Below are positions 50,788 through 64,000 of a stretch of DNA of 64,000 nt, piece by piece (position 1 is the stretch's first letter; each line of letters opens with the position of its first letter). The position numbers and the translations under genes were made by a program. This DNA comes from Spirogloea muscicola (lineage: Eukaryota), in assembly GCA_009602725.1 (NCBI GenBank), contig WELB01000027.1, positions 178,972-242,971 on the forward strand. The letters run 5' to 3'. The notes beneath the pieces are model-generated. The model searched no databases. It saw only the letters and a program-made list of their open reading frames with translations, and had not been told where the DNA came from.

Positions 50788-53751
50788 CTCCACGCCCGGC
50801 TGCTGCACCTCGCCGTCGCGGCGCGGCGCCTGGAAGCCGTGGAGCTGCTCCTGCACCACGGCGCGCTCGCCGACGCCACGGACGACGTGAGCAGCTCGGG
50901 CTGCGCCACTCCGCCTCTCACCATCACCGGCCACAGCCGCCGACTCGTCTGCCTGTCTGCCGCACCTCAAAGCCTGCGGCTATACTCCTGCTCGGCTCAC
51001 ACACTCTACATGGAGGTTACTTAGCACCAAATGCCTGGCAATTCCTGGTGGCGATGGTCTACGCCTTTGTTCGCAGCCCAGTCGTGTCAGCTTGGCTGGT
51101 TGCGCTGCTGCGCGCCTGCGGGGCCTTGCTCGTTCGGGCTCATCTGCGTGCCACGTCAAGCCGATGGCGCCTACACAGCTTCCTGGTCTAGGACTGATGA
51201 ACTGCGACGGCCATGGCTGGGCAGCATGGCGACACCGCGCTGCACTACGCAGCGAGGGCCGGGAACCCGGACGTGGCCCGGGCTCTCCTCGAGCACGACG
51301 CCAACTACACACTCCGAAACCACGTGAGCTTGCTTCCCAATCAACGTGAGGAGCTTACTTGGCTACTGCATCTTAGGAAGAGGCGCTGTGCAGCAACGAG
51401 GGGGTGTAGTTGGGCCAAGCTGACATCAATGGAGGTACCTGGTGACGCAGTCTGTGCTGTAGGATAGGACGTCTAAGGCACGCAGCCCTGACTCCACCTT
51501 TGCTGTCGAAGGCTGGGTGCATGCCGATGCACGTCGCTGTGGAGGCCGGCGACCTGCGCACCCAGGAGGCGCTGCGGCACCGCGCCCTGGAGGCGCCCGC
51601 CGAGTTCAAGTACGTGCAGGGGCAAGAGTGGCACGCATTCGAGCCGGCCGCAGCGTGCGCGCTGGCCTACGAGCTCGGCGAGGGCGCCAACTTCTCGGCC
51701 ATGGTCACTGAGAGCGGGTCGACGTACATTGTCGATTTTGTCCAACGGATACAGGTGTGCCGGTCAAGAGGGCCATGTTTCCTTGAGAGTATCATATTTA
51801 TCTGAATTGATTGCTCAACACGATTTCCGAAGCAAAAGCTTGTGTACAAGCACATAATAGATAGACGATAAGAAGAAGCACCTTCATCTACTTTCCATTA
51901 TTGTGATGCTCAAAGGATGGGAAGAATGTGTAGGTGTGTGCAATTCGTAGGGATGCTATCCAGCATGACGCCAGCTGATGCCTGCAGATCAACCTGACGA
52001 CGCTCTACGCGCGGTCCATTGCTTGGAAAGTGGGCGGCGGCGCGTACAATTTCCCCGAGCGGCCGTTCCAGGGGCTCCATCCTGGCACCGCGAACTCCCG
52101 TCACCTGGCCATGTACCACTCGTTCTTGCACGACCCAAACCACGGCCTCTTTGGCCTCGCCGCGTCCCCGACTTCTGCCTCCGAGTGGCCCCAACCGGCT
52201 TCCTACCCCACAGATGGCAACGCCGTGGACACTGCGGCAGGGCGACCGCATGATGTTTTCGACGAGCTGCGCGAGCCTTACCAGCGCCAATCAACACCAT
52301 CGCTGGGTGGACCTCCAGACGCTACAATTGCAGGCTCAGACTATGGCAGGCAGGCGAGCATCAGTGGAGGAGGCATTCCGTACTCCATCGCGCGCGTCAA
52401 TTCTGGAGTTCCTCCCTTGCTCGTCGATGAGACTGCTCCAGACACTCCAAGGGACCTGAGGTTACAGAAGCCGTCACGTTTGAAGGAGGCAGGACCAGCA
52501 GTCTTGCCTGGCCGCCAGCCTCCGACTGACTGGGAGCAACACCGCGAGGCTGCACTGGCATCCTGTGCCAGTGCAGGATCTATTGATCTACTTTCTGCTG
52601 GGGAAACTGAAACCCCTCGCCTAGGATCTAGGCGAACGAGTGGGTCAACGTCAGCACCTCCTCCTACAAATGCTTCAGATGTAAGGGCCCCGGTGGTCAT
52701 TGAGCAGCTCGCGTCACACCCCGGCTACTTCGACCACCTTGACCCTGAGTCTGACGAGCTGCACGAGGTTGCGGTCCTCTTCCTGACGGGCATTGAAAAG
52801 CGTGACGAAGATGGCTTGACTACCATATTCAAAGAGAGGGGAAAGAAGGGCAGGCCCGTCTCAATCACTGCTGTACACCACGTTAACATGCCGCCTGCAC
52901 GCCTCATTGCCTTTCAGCACTACCGGTCAGCAAAAACGCTCCGAGCTAGAGAAAGCCATTATAGCACTTGGTGGAAAAGCTGCAGCAGTCCTGGCATTGG
53001 ACATTCGACTGACTGTCTGCAGCATTTGAGCGGTAGACTCGGCTGCACGTACTTGCTGTCATGTTCTGTGTCCACTTGGTTCAGGTAGTCCTGACTTTGT
53101 GCGTTGTCAATGCACAGAGCGGACCGTGCTCGTGTTCGTGGAAGTGCAAATGAGAAGCATGCCTGGCACGGCGCTTCCCTGGAGAGCTTGATCAGGATAA
53201 TCAAGCATGGGTTTGTCCTTGCTCCAGAGCGACGACTTGGCCAACTGTATGGCCGAGGCGTGTATCTCGCTCCAGAAGAGTGTGCATACACAAGCGCCCA
53301 GTTTGCACCTGTTGATCAGGTTGGCGAGCAGGTAATTTGACGGGGGTGATGTGTGGCAGCTAGCAGCTGCTGCAGCTAGAGCGCATCTAGGCCTTGCAAG
53401 ATCAGAAATTCCCGCTTTGACCAAGAGTCACCCTGGCCTGCTGTTGTCTTTGCTTTGTGCCACTCTCTTGACAGCTACAGAGCAGCAGGAGACGGCTTCA
53501 GAACGTGGCTGGTTATCTGGGGTTGAGTGCTGCTCTTGATGTTGCCGTGCCTGCAGCATCTCCTCCTCTGTCGCGTCATCCTCGGAGCAGTGGAAGAGAT
53601 ACCGTTCCAGTCATCCCAGTTCGAGCCCAGCAGCCCCGCCTTTGACAACGGCGTCGACAAGCTCGACGACCCGAGCCGGTACATTATCTGGGGGAGGCAT
53701 GTAGCAGAGTACATCCTGCCCACGCACATTGTGAGCTTCCGGTACTCGTGA
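50788..53751 (+). CDS. Ankyrin repeat - WWE - SRO/RCD1-type PARP catalytic domain protein (5' end not resolved)
   Basis: Exons 50788-50886, 51225-51323, 51512-51754, 51988-52925, 53118-53331 and 53557-53751. ANK: LLHLAVAARRLEAVELLLHHGA, GDTALHYAARAGNPDVARALLEHDA, GCMPMHVAVEAGD. WWE-like: FKYVQGQEWHAF...YIVDFVQRIQINLTTLYARSIAWK. PARP: RGSANEKHAWHG...YGRGVYLAP...HLLLCRVILG...FDNGVDKLDDPSRYIIW...ILPTHIVSF. Confidence 0.85.
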
Positions 53752-54328
53752 CAATCCGGATACTGGCGAAATGCCCACCATCTTGCAGTGATCTCCTTTC
53801 GACCACATTAGCAGCTCCAAAGTAACACCTCTTAAATAGCACAGCCAGGGGAGCCGTGCAGACTTTCGGCAGCGTGGGCCCCCAATAGTGAACAGCATAA
53901 GTGAGCTAAAGAGGAGCGCATCGCAGGTGCGCTTGCGCCTCGCTCCCGGCTCTGCCACTCGCCACTTCAGACTCAGCAAAAGGGCCGCCGTGCCCGCCGC
54001 CTTGCTCTTTGCACTGCGTGCGGTGCGGTAGAGCCCAACCCAGTGTAGAGCCCAACTGGGACAGCGCTTCTGGGGCCCCCAGCTTTGCACAGTGACCACT
54101 GAGCTCACCAGCTTTGCACAGTGACCACTGAGCTCACGGGCGGGTCCAGACGAAGTGGGGCGGCCGGCTGCCTCGGCAAGACCTGGCGGCAGCTCGGCGA
54201 GGCAGGGCGTGAGCGGAGGCCGAGCAGAGGGGGCTCTAGCGTGCGCGCTCGCCACAGCGCAGAGCCGCCGCCTGCGGCTCTGGACGCCGGCGGCGCTAGC
54301 CGGGCCCGCCGCCGCCGCCGCCGCCGCC

Positions 54329-54725
54329 NNNNNNNNNNNNNNNNNNNNNNNNNNNNNNNNNNNNNNNNNNNNNNNNNNNNNNNNNNNNNNNNNNNNNNNN
54401 NNNNNNNNNNNNNNNNNNNNNNNNNNNNNNNNNNNNNNNNNNNNNNNNNNNNNNNNNNNNNNNNNNNNNNNNNNNNNNNNNNNNNNNNNNNNNNNNNNNN
54501 NNNNNNNNNNNNNNNNNNNNNNNNNNNNNNNNNNNNNNNNNNNNNNNNNNNNNNNNNNNNNNNNNNNNNNNNNNNNNNNNNNNNNNNNNNNNNNNNNNNN
54601 NNNNNNNNNNNNNNNNNNNNNNNNNNNNNNNNNNNNNNNNNNNNNNNNNNNNNNNNNNNNNNNNNNNNNNNNNNNNNNNNNNNNNNNNNNNNNNNNNNNN
54701 NNNNNNNNNNNNNNNNNNNNNNNNN
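54329..54725. other. Assembly gap, followed by a poly-T tract to 54847
   Basis: Run of n; it hides the ALY N-terminus. Confidence 1.
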
Positions 54726-55962
<1,237 letters not shown>

Positions 55963-56631
55963 CCGGCAGGCCTCTCATTGCCTCACTGATGCTGTCGCCC
56001 CAGCTCGCTCGCTGGTTCAGAGGGGGCTCAGATTGGCAAGCGTTGTTGCCATGTATCCCGGCTCTTGCCCATTCTGCTGCTGTGGGCAAGAGCTCCCTGC
56101 CTCCCTCCTTGTCTCCCACACTTGTACTTTGAAGTACTATTCAACTCACATTTTCCTTTCCAGAGTCAGATGCCAAAGAGAGCTGTCATCAGGTTGGAGC
56201 CTTTGGCGCAATGGGTGCTATCAAACGATTGCACCGAGCTGGAACGAGGGGTGCACATGATTGCGCTTTCTGATACCGCCGGGTCCTTATGAACAGCCAT
56301 CCCACTTTTTGGAGGAGGACAGGGGTACTTAGCGGTGCCACACAATGTTGAGGATTTGCATCATAGATATAGATTTGCACAAATGTCAATAAAATGCTGG
56401 AAATTTTTGTCAGAGGAGGAGTATAATTCACTGGGGCACACATGAGGTTGCTGTTTAATTTGCTACTGATGCCACTGCCTGCACCATGACACCAAAGCCA
56501 GCTGCAAGTATGGACCTGTACTACCTGCCTCTTGTTAGGCCAATAGAGGCATGATAGGCCAGACAGCATGCTATCATAGGCGTCCGCTGACCTGGGATGC
56601 AGTGGACCTGCTCGCTGGGGGTTCGTCTCAG

Positions 56632-59600
56632 TTATGGCCGAGGAACCAAAGTCACAAACACGCCATGCTTTGGCTTCAACACAATGCCAGCCTCTGTTGC
56701 CAGGGGCTTGCCATCCTCCTGTCCAGGCGCATCGGGAACGAGGCGGAATGTGAACCTCTGGTACAGCCTGATCAAAGTCAGCCGCGCCTCCTCCATGGCA
56801 AACTTGTAGCCGATGCACATGCGGGGGCCAGAGCCAAAGGGGATGTAAGCGTAAGGGTGCCGCATTTTGGCTTCCTCGCACGCGGGGTCAAAGCGCTCCG
56901 GCCGGAAGGACTCTGCTTGGCAAGAAAGTCGCCATGGTGCAAATTAGTTCAGCTCAAGCATGGTGGAAGAGAAATTAGCGACTATCTTACCCTGACATCC
57001 ACTTTGCCAAGCAACAAGCATTACACATACCCACACTCCCATGAGTCTATCACCATCTTGAGAGAATTGCATCTCTGTGGCAGTCGGGACTCAGGAATGA
57101 TCAGATGCAGGAATGATGACAATAGTAGCACAGCAGTGTACCTGGATCTGGGAAGAGCTTGGGGTTATGGTGCATCGCATAGACAGGGACAAAGACAGGA
57201 ATTCCCTTGGGAATCATCAGCTGGCCAGCAGTGGTGTCCTCATTAGCCATGCGCGAAAGGACGGCGCCTGTTGGATAGAGCCTGAGTGTCTCTTGCACCA
57301 CCTGCAAGCATAAACAAAGTCACAAACACAGATCACAAGCTAACAACACCAAAGCTCACATGACAATTGCCCCCCTTCACACCGCATCTCTATGGAGCTC
57401 ATGAATCAAAGGTCAACTTCCAAGAGCTTCGTCACTGCTCATGCTGGTGACGGGCTACAGAAGCTTCAAGGCACATTGTGCTGCTGCCACCACTGCCCAC
57501 CTGTTCGATATAAGGAAACTTTGACAGCTCTTCAAAAGTGGGGTGTGTAACTTTGCCACCGTCTCCATCTTTTTGGTCCCCATCACCCTAGAGTTCGACA
57601 AAATCCTTACGTCAAGCATTGGAAATGGAAGTGCCACAATCGTTGATACGAGAAGCTTGTCTTCTACCAACGTAGCCCTCCCAGCACCTATCACACATGC
57701 ATCCCCTACAATTAGGCTGTTGATTATTCGTAGATGAAAACCAAAGAGCAGAGGGTGTGTAGATGACCTGAGCTGGAATTGGAATTCTGTAATTATCGAT
57801 TTCGGCCAGCACTTTCTTCTCTGCTTCCGGATGCTTGGACAGCAAGTAGATGGAAAAAGCCACGGTGTTGGCTGTTGTGTCTGAGCCAGCACCCATAAAC
57901 TCAGTGACCAGAGAGGTAACCTCTGCATCCGTCAAGCTTCTGCCTGTGTCCTTCGTCCGGAGACTGCCACAACAGAAGGGGTCAGACTCAAGACTGCCAC
58001 AATCTTGCAGTGCCAGGTGCATGGAATCCCGCTCGGCAAGCAAGGGCCCACCCCTCAGAAGTCAAGCCAGCAACCGTAGTGTGAGGAGACGAAGCATGAA
58101 GAAGCTAATGAATGTGATGCTGTTCAGCATCCACTTGTCATTTGTCTGAGGATAGCCTTACCTGGTGAGTATTGAGACCAGGTCCTGCCTTGTCTCATCT
58201 GGATTTGCTCGACGATCCTTGATAATTGATAAGCTTGCACCTGCTGTGTAAATCACTCGCTGCTTAGCAGCATATTCTAAGGTTCCAGGTATCTTCCCCA
58301 ACATTTCCTGGGCTGGGAAGACAAACTTTGAGCCCATAAAGAGGCCAATCAGGTTGCTAAGCCTCAACTCTGTGGTCCGGCGGATGTTCACCGAAAGCAT
58401 CTCCAGGAGTCTTTTCTGCAAGACTTGCAGTAGCACAATGCAAATGCTCAGTACAAAACCCTGCAGCCAAAGTAAATAAACAACTGATCGGACTCTCTTG
58501 TTGTCACCTCTGTATATTAGCCAAATGTGTTGACAAGGTGCTTACATCTGTTCCCTCTTCCTGCATGCCAAAGTGAATCCCAAATGCGGCAGTGCCGATG
58601 ACATCCAAGGTCATGGCCTGTACGAGCGTCAGCATATCCACATGCTTGCCCTCTGGAGTGCTTGCAAGACAATCACACAAAGTAGAAGCCGCCTTGTGCA
58701 TTATTTCGCTGTAGTTCCGGAGCCTGTGTGTGTGAAAGAGAGGTAGAACTGTGCCACGCACACTCGTCCAGTAAGCTCCCCTGCAAAAGTTGACGCGCAG
58801 ACATGATAACTTTGAGAATTAGTGGCAGCACAACAGACCATTCAAGCCGATGAGAACAATGTGGTTTAAATCATAACCCAACAAATGCAGAGCAATGAGC
58901 ACTACAATGCCATGTCAGACCTTGAGTCCTATACTTGGGGGTATTAACAATGTTAAATTGGCAAGAACATCAGAGAGGAAATCCTGGACAACCAAGTCAC
59001 ATACTTGCTGAAAACCATTCCTGATTGGGCATTCCGCATGACAAAAGGAGGGGTAGGTCTATCATGAAAGGCACGGAAGTTCTTGACACAGACATCCTTG
59101 ACTGCATCAGGATCTGCTACTACAATAAGATCCGTATTTCCCATCTTGTACTGCACAGAAGCAAAGCGGCTGCCCCTCGGCATTAAAATGGTACTCCATG
59201 CATGTTAGATGGCAACACCGTGCTTCAAGAAGTCAAACCAGCAAATTCAGACCTGACTGTGCTGTTTACTTGTGGCAGGAAGAGACAACAAGGACTGACC
59301 AGCCTTGATGGTAACGGCATGCATGGCTGCTTACATGCTGCCAAAGTCAAAGCTGAGTAGGACAGACCGTCAAAGTCATAATACCTTGAAGTAATCTCCG
59401 TACTTCAACAGCCATCGGAGGTGACAATCAGGATAGCCCTTCGCTCGTAACTCCAACAAGTTTCCAAGCAGCCACTGACCAGGAGGCCCCTTCAGTTTCT
59501 TGGCTGGGCTATCAAGCTTCTCTGCTTTGGAAGCAAAGAAGAATTTGTAGAGCAAGTACGCAACAGCTGCAATAATAGGAGGACACTTTGTGAGGAGCAC

Positions 59601-60188
59601 GCATTACTATCTATGAGAGTGCAGTTGGGGTGCTTAGTATCCTCTCTGCAGAATTCAGTAGTTAAGAATCTGGGATGGAACTTTATGCAAGTTACACACA
59701 CAAACATGGGAGTGTAAGTATGACTTGCGTTGCCCATTTATGCCAGCTTCGCAAGAGCGTTGAGCTCATAGGTAAAGCCTGCAGAGCTAACGTCCATTGC
59801 TATCTCATCCACACAGCAGTCAAGGGCCTCTAGATTACTCGACTGAAGGCCAACGATGACAAAGTAGCAGGCAGTCACAACCTTTGTCATCTGCCAGAAA
59901 TTCGCCTCAATTCCACATAGCAATGACAAACTTTCACCACAGCAGACAGAAGCAAGCAGCCAAGATTCTCCCAGCTTACTAAGTCTGGCTAATTGCACAT
60001 ATCATGCATGCGACTATTGGTGTAAGTCCAAGCTTACCTATAGCACAGAATTGAGCACCGATGGTTGCCATGGGAGTCGCGACCAGGGCGCCTTGGAGGT
60101 CCTGAACGTGGTCTGACACGCTGCTAGCGGCAAACCTGTGAAACTGCACTATGTGCTGCCAGGTGCTCTCGTTCGCCACAGTCGCCAT
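56632..60188 (-). CDS. Cytochrome P450, CYP711 (MAX1-like) clan, about 9 exons
   Basis: TM anchor ...AQFCAI-AVAYLLYKFFF, GPPGQWLLGNL, LDVIGTAAFG, I-helix EFMGAGSDTTA, KFPYIEQ-VVQETLRLYP (ExxR), FRPERFDP..EEAKMRHPYAYIPFGSGPRMCIG (heme Cys). Confidence 0.88.
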
Positions 60189-60539
60189 GGCGAAGCCCCA
60201 CCAGAGCAGCTCCAAGTAGGCGTTATCCGCAGGCAGCAAATCTAAGCCTCCGCTTGCTTCAAGCACCTTGCCGTATGCTGCCAATTGCGCGCTTTCAAGC
60301 CTCCAGTTCACCCAAGCCGCTGCACCGCCAAAGGGCTCTGCAGCTCCTCCTTTAACAACGTGCCGCTACGCTCTTTGACGGCAGCCGCGTCAGCGCGTCC
60401 TCGGAGATCCGGGTGTGGACTTCGGGAGCTGCAGGCACCCGCGCCGCGGACGCGGTGGCCAGCGCGAGTGGCGCCGCCAGGCGCGGAGCGGCGTGGCCGT
60501 GCGCCGACAGACGGCGTGGCCAAGCACGGGAGTTGTTTC

Positions 60540-63140
60540 CCCGAAGGCGGACGGTGGCTGCGAAAGCCAGCCTAAAACCAAAAGCAGCTCTGCCAGAGGT
60601 GACGAGGGCGCTGTGAAAAGCCAGTTCCCTAATGAACGAACGAGAAGGCCGATGGTCGGATAGCGGGGAAGGAGGCTGCCCGCAGCGATGTGACAGAGTG
60701 AAGGTGCTCGGTGCGCATGAGGTTATCGAAGAGAAACAGCTCTATCACCGTAAGGCAAGGCCTGTAAGAGGCCCCAAAGGAATGAACAAGGTCAAAAGGG
60801 AGGCCAAGCCAAAGCCAATAGTGCCATTGTAAGAGGAAAGGAAGTTCCAAGGGCTAACGTAACAAAATCAAAGAAGTAAGCTCTTCCAAGGCTCTTCCAA
60901 GGGGGCGAGGGCTGTGAAAGAAGGACTCTTCCAGTAGAGGGCGATGGCTGTGATTAACCAGCCCAGAGTGAACAAATTTCGAAGTGGCTGTGAAAGACCA
61001 GCCTAACAGAGAAAAGCTAAACTGAAGAGGGACTCTAGTACTCACAAGGGAGCAAGATAGTGGCTCTCCCAAATGTGAGAGCCAGCTCAAAGGAGAAGGG
61101 GGGAGCCAGCTCAAAGGGGGGAGAAAGACTCTTTAATGGGCGATGGCTGTGATTGGCCAGCCCAAGAAAAGGAATGAACGAAAACCCAGAAAGAAGTAGT
61201 CGGTCTCCCAGAAAGAAAGAGAAAAAGCTCGTCCAGATTGACAGCACCGGCTGTGAGAGGCCAGCACTTTCTTGTGAGAGGCCAGCCCCAAAGAATGGAC
61301 AAGGTCTGAAAGAGCCGGATGGAGCAAAGGATAGGGGCTGGAAAAAGCCAGCCCAAAAAAGAATGAACAAAGGACGAGAAGGGGCCAGGGGAAGCACTAA
61401 GAAAAACAAGTACAATAAGGAACTAAGCAGCTACGAAGCACTAGGTAACCCCTGCTAAGAAGAAAGTGCTCGAGGATTGAGGATAGGGGCTGGATATGCC
61501 AGCCCAAAAAAGAATGAATCTGCTAAGCAGCCTCAGGTCAGCTGGAGTCCGCATCGGTCACGTCCAGCCCCCACGAGCCCTGGCGGTTTGCGATCAACCC
61601 GGTTAGCACCCCCAGGCCCCACTTCCCTTTCGCCAGTGCCTCCGTGCCTCAGTTCCTGCGCCAGCTTCTCGCTCCTCTATTCCCTTCTTTCTTGCGCCAG
61701 CTTCTCTTGTATTCCCTTCTTTCTAGCCCCTTGCTTAGTGAATGCTAAGGTTACTAAGTGATCCATCCTACCGGCAAGAAGAAGGGCTCGCCCATTGAGA
61801 ATATGGGCTGGAACAGCCAGCCCAAAAAAGAATGAACAGAGTACAAGAAGAGGGGGGGGGAAGCCAGGCGAAGCCCTAAGGCGAAGCAGCAGAAATGACA
61901 AGCACACAAGAAAACACAAAGCAGCTACTAACCACTCAGTAACCCTTGCTAGGCAGGTGCCCCTCTCGGGGCCTCCGCATACCTGTGTAGATTTGGCGTC
62001 TTCCGGCCCTTTGGACCTTGTTCATTCTGGGCTGGCCATTCACAGCCCCTTTTTTTTGGAAAGAAAGTGGCTCTCCCAATTAGGGCTGTGAAAAGCCAGC
62101 CCGAAAAGAATTGACAAAGGTTCGAAGGGGCTAACTGACGGAGGAGCCTAAAAGCGCTAAGGCAGAACGGCTGTAGGATGGACCACTTGGTAGCTACGAG
62201 TGAGGAGACTCGAATCTTTCAAATCTGACAGACTAGCAGCCGGAAACAATCCCCCTGCCGAAAGCCAGAGGCTGCAGCGAGAGCACGGCCAGCACGCAGA
62301 CTCAAGGCGTGGGCCATGGACCGCTGGAGGGACATTGACGGACGCATGCGATAAACCTGGGCGAAGTCAGCCGGCTCACCTCGCCTGCGGGACACATCGC
62401 GGCGCGCAAGCCTGGCTAGCGCAGGTCGAGCCACTGGGACCCAGCCCCGTGCACATCCACGCCCCCCTTCGGAAAGAGCTCACCTCTTTCTGGGTCTTTC
62501 AATTCATGCGCCCCGCGCGCCTTCTCTCTCTTTCTGGGTGACGGCATGGAGGTGGTCACGGCGGCAAGCGGCGGCCAGGTGACGGTACGCCCTGCCCCAC
62601 GGTGGACCCGCGGCCGCGCCCGGGGCCGGCGCCACCAGGAGCTGCCCTGGCGCCTGCGCGGCCCCTCGGATGGCTTCAATCGGAGGGGGCAATGCTCGCA
62701 TGAAGCGCCATCCGTGCGATGCCCGAGATCGAGGGCTTGGCGGCGCCGTGCTGCCGCCACGTGTCGGGCCCCGGCCCGGGCTTGCCCACGAAGCAGCCCG
62801 GGCCTCGAGTCATCAGCGCTGTGCCACGGAGGGAGGTGTTCCCGGAAGCAGGGTTGGCGGTGAGCCAAATGAACCCCCGGCACCCAAGATCGGTGAGCGA
62901 ATGCCGCTTCGAGCCCATTCCCCCAATGGGGCTTGCCGCTCCACTTGGCCACTCGGGCCCTCCATCTGCTGTTGCTCACACGTGGATACTGAGCAGCCAT
63001 CTGCATCTCCCTCTGCACCATCTTGCACTTTGTAGTGTAGTCCTTTTTCAGCACCTCTTTCTTTGGCTTTGAACATTGTCCATTCTTTTTGGGTTGGCTT
63101 TGCCAGCCCCTCTTCTCAATGGGCGAGCACCTTCTTCCAT
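60540..63140. mobile_element. Large nested patch of CRE-like 3' fragments
   Basis: (-) YRMRPSMSLQRSMAHALSLRAGRALAAASGFRQG at 62219-62434; hairpin modules at about 60610, 60950, 61150, 61270, 61340, 61490, 61810, 62030, 62090 and 63090; GCGCGCCTTCTCTC tail at about 62520. Confidence 0.75.
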
Positions 63141-63304
63141 CAATCAATTCAGTCACACACGCCATCGCTCCAGCCCCCGCCTGTCCGTGAGTGTCAGCCT
63201 GCGCCTCCTTCCACCCCCTCCATTCAATCCATCGCCCCGTCCTCCACCCACGGCCACTCTCGCCGCGGCGCCCGCTCCGCGCTTGCCGCAGCTCCGCGCC
63301 GCCT

Positions 63305-63338
<34 letters not shown>

Positions 63339-64000
63339 GCAGCGCTCTCACAGGCGGCTTGTCCGGCGGGCAGTTTCAGCGCCTCTTAGCCGCGCCTCAC
63401 CGCCTCTCGCCGGTTCGGCGGCGCATCGCGTGCGCCTCTGACGCCATCCACGGCCGAGCGCGTCGGTCACTCTGTCAAGCGCTGAGTTCCGGGCTGCGTG
63501 AGGCTCGTGAGACTGCAGCTTAAGCGGCTCCAACAACCAGTGGTACAATCAGTGGGACAATCAGGCAAGTCAGCTAGTGAGGATGTCGTTCTGCAGCAGG
63601 GATGGCAGGACTTGACCATATCATAAAGGTCTCCAGTTTCAGTAACGTCCGAGACTTTGCAACGGTGCAGTGGCAGCGGCAAGCTCGCATATATATAACC
63701 TGATCATTCTGACCTGCTGGTTCCAGCGTAACAAGCTATACTGGGTATTCTTGCTGATGCCTTGTTGTAGCAGTTGCACTGATGTCAGTACTGCTCGTGC
63801 AGGACGTTTGTGCCACCATGGTGCTGTTTCGACAGATCTCAAGAAGGCTGAGCGGAGTGGAAGAGCTTCTGACTCCAGAAGAGGATGCAGTAAAGGTAGC
63901 ACTTCTGACTAGGTTCTGGTCTACAGCAGCCAGTGTGGGTTGAGTGTTGTCAACGTCAGGCTGTCGTTTTGGCATCCTTGGTACTTCTTCTTGCTTCTCT

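Noticed and set aside
54080..54137. Tandem duplication of about 29 bp
   Set aside because: Two copies in a spacer, consistent with ordinary slippage, with no sign of function.
59738..59790. Extra P450 exon GFTYELNALAKL
   Set aside because: It has no GT donor before an in-frame stop. Exon 1 splices in phase directly to the AVAYLLYK exon.
60540..63140. CRISPR-like array of recurring hairpin repeats
   Set aside because: Spacing is irregular, orientations are mixed, the repeats are degenerate, the context is eukaryotic and there are no cas genes. Retroelement 3' UTRs explain them.
63736..64000. Minus-strand S/T-rich ORF at the window edge
   Set aside because: No recognisable motif and truncated by the window end, so it cannot be supported.

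Overview
Eukaryotic, GC-rich, intron-rich plant-lineage DNA. GRAS, EIN2, SRO-type PARP and ABCG22/26-like genes in a compact (GCC)n-rich context suggest a streptophyte alga, possibly Zygnematophyceae (inference). I assembled twelve spliced genes by hand: RPS24, PABP, Misato, calreticulin, PIG-Y, full-length EIN2, NDUFB10, an intron-split GRAS factor, a half-size ABCG, an ankyrin-WWE-SRO-type PARP fusion, ALY/THOC4 and a CYP711-clan P450. Most intergenic spacers hold patches of 5'-truncated CRE-like (RLE) non-LTR retrotransposons that insert into each other; two insertions show clear TSDs. These elements share a C-terminal LTRGY* peptide and a conserved 3' hairpin. A Tourist-like MITE is also present. 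The strongest candidates for something new are the ANK-WWE-PARP protein (no visible RST domain, H-Y-R triad) and the self-nesting retroelement system. Assembly gaps hide several gene starts. All family calls come from motif recognition, not database searches.
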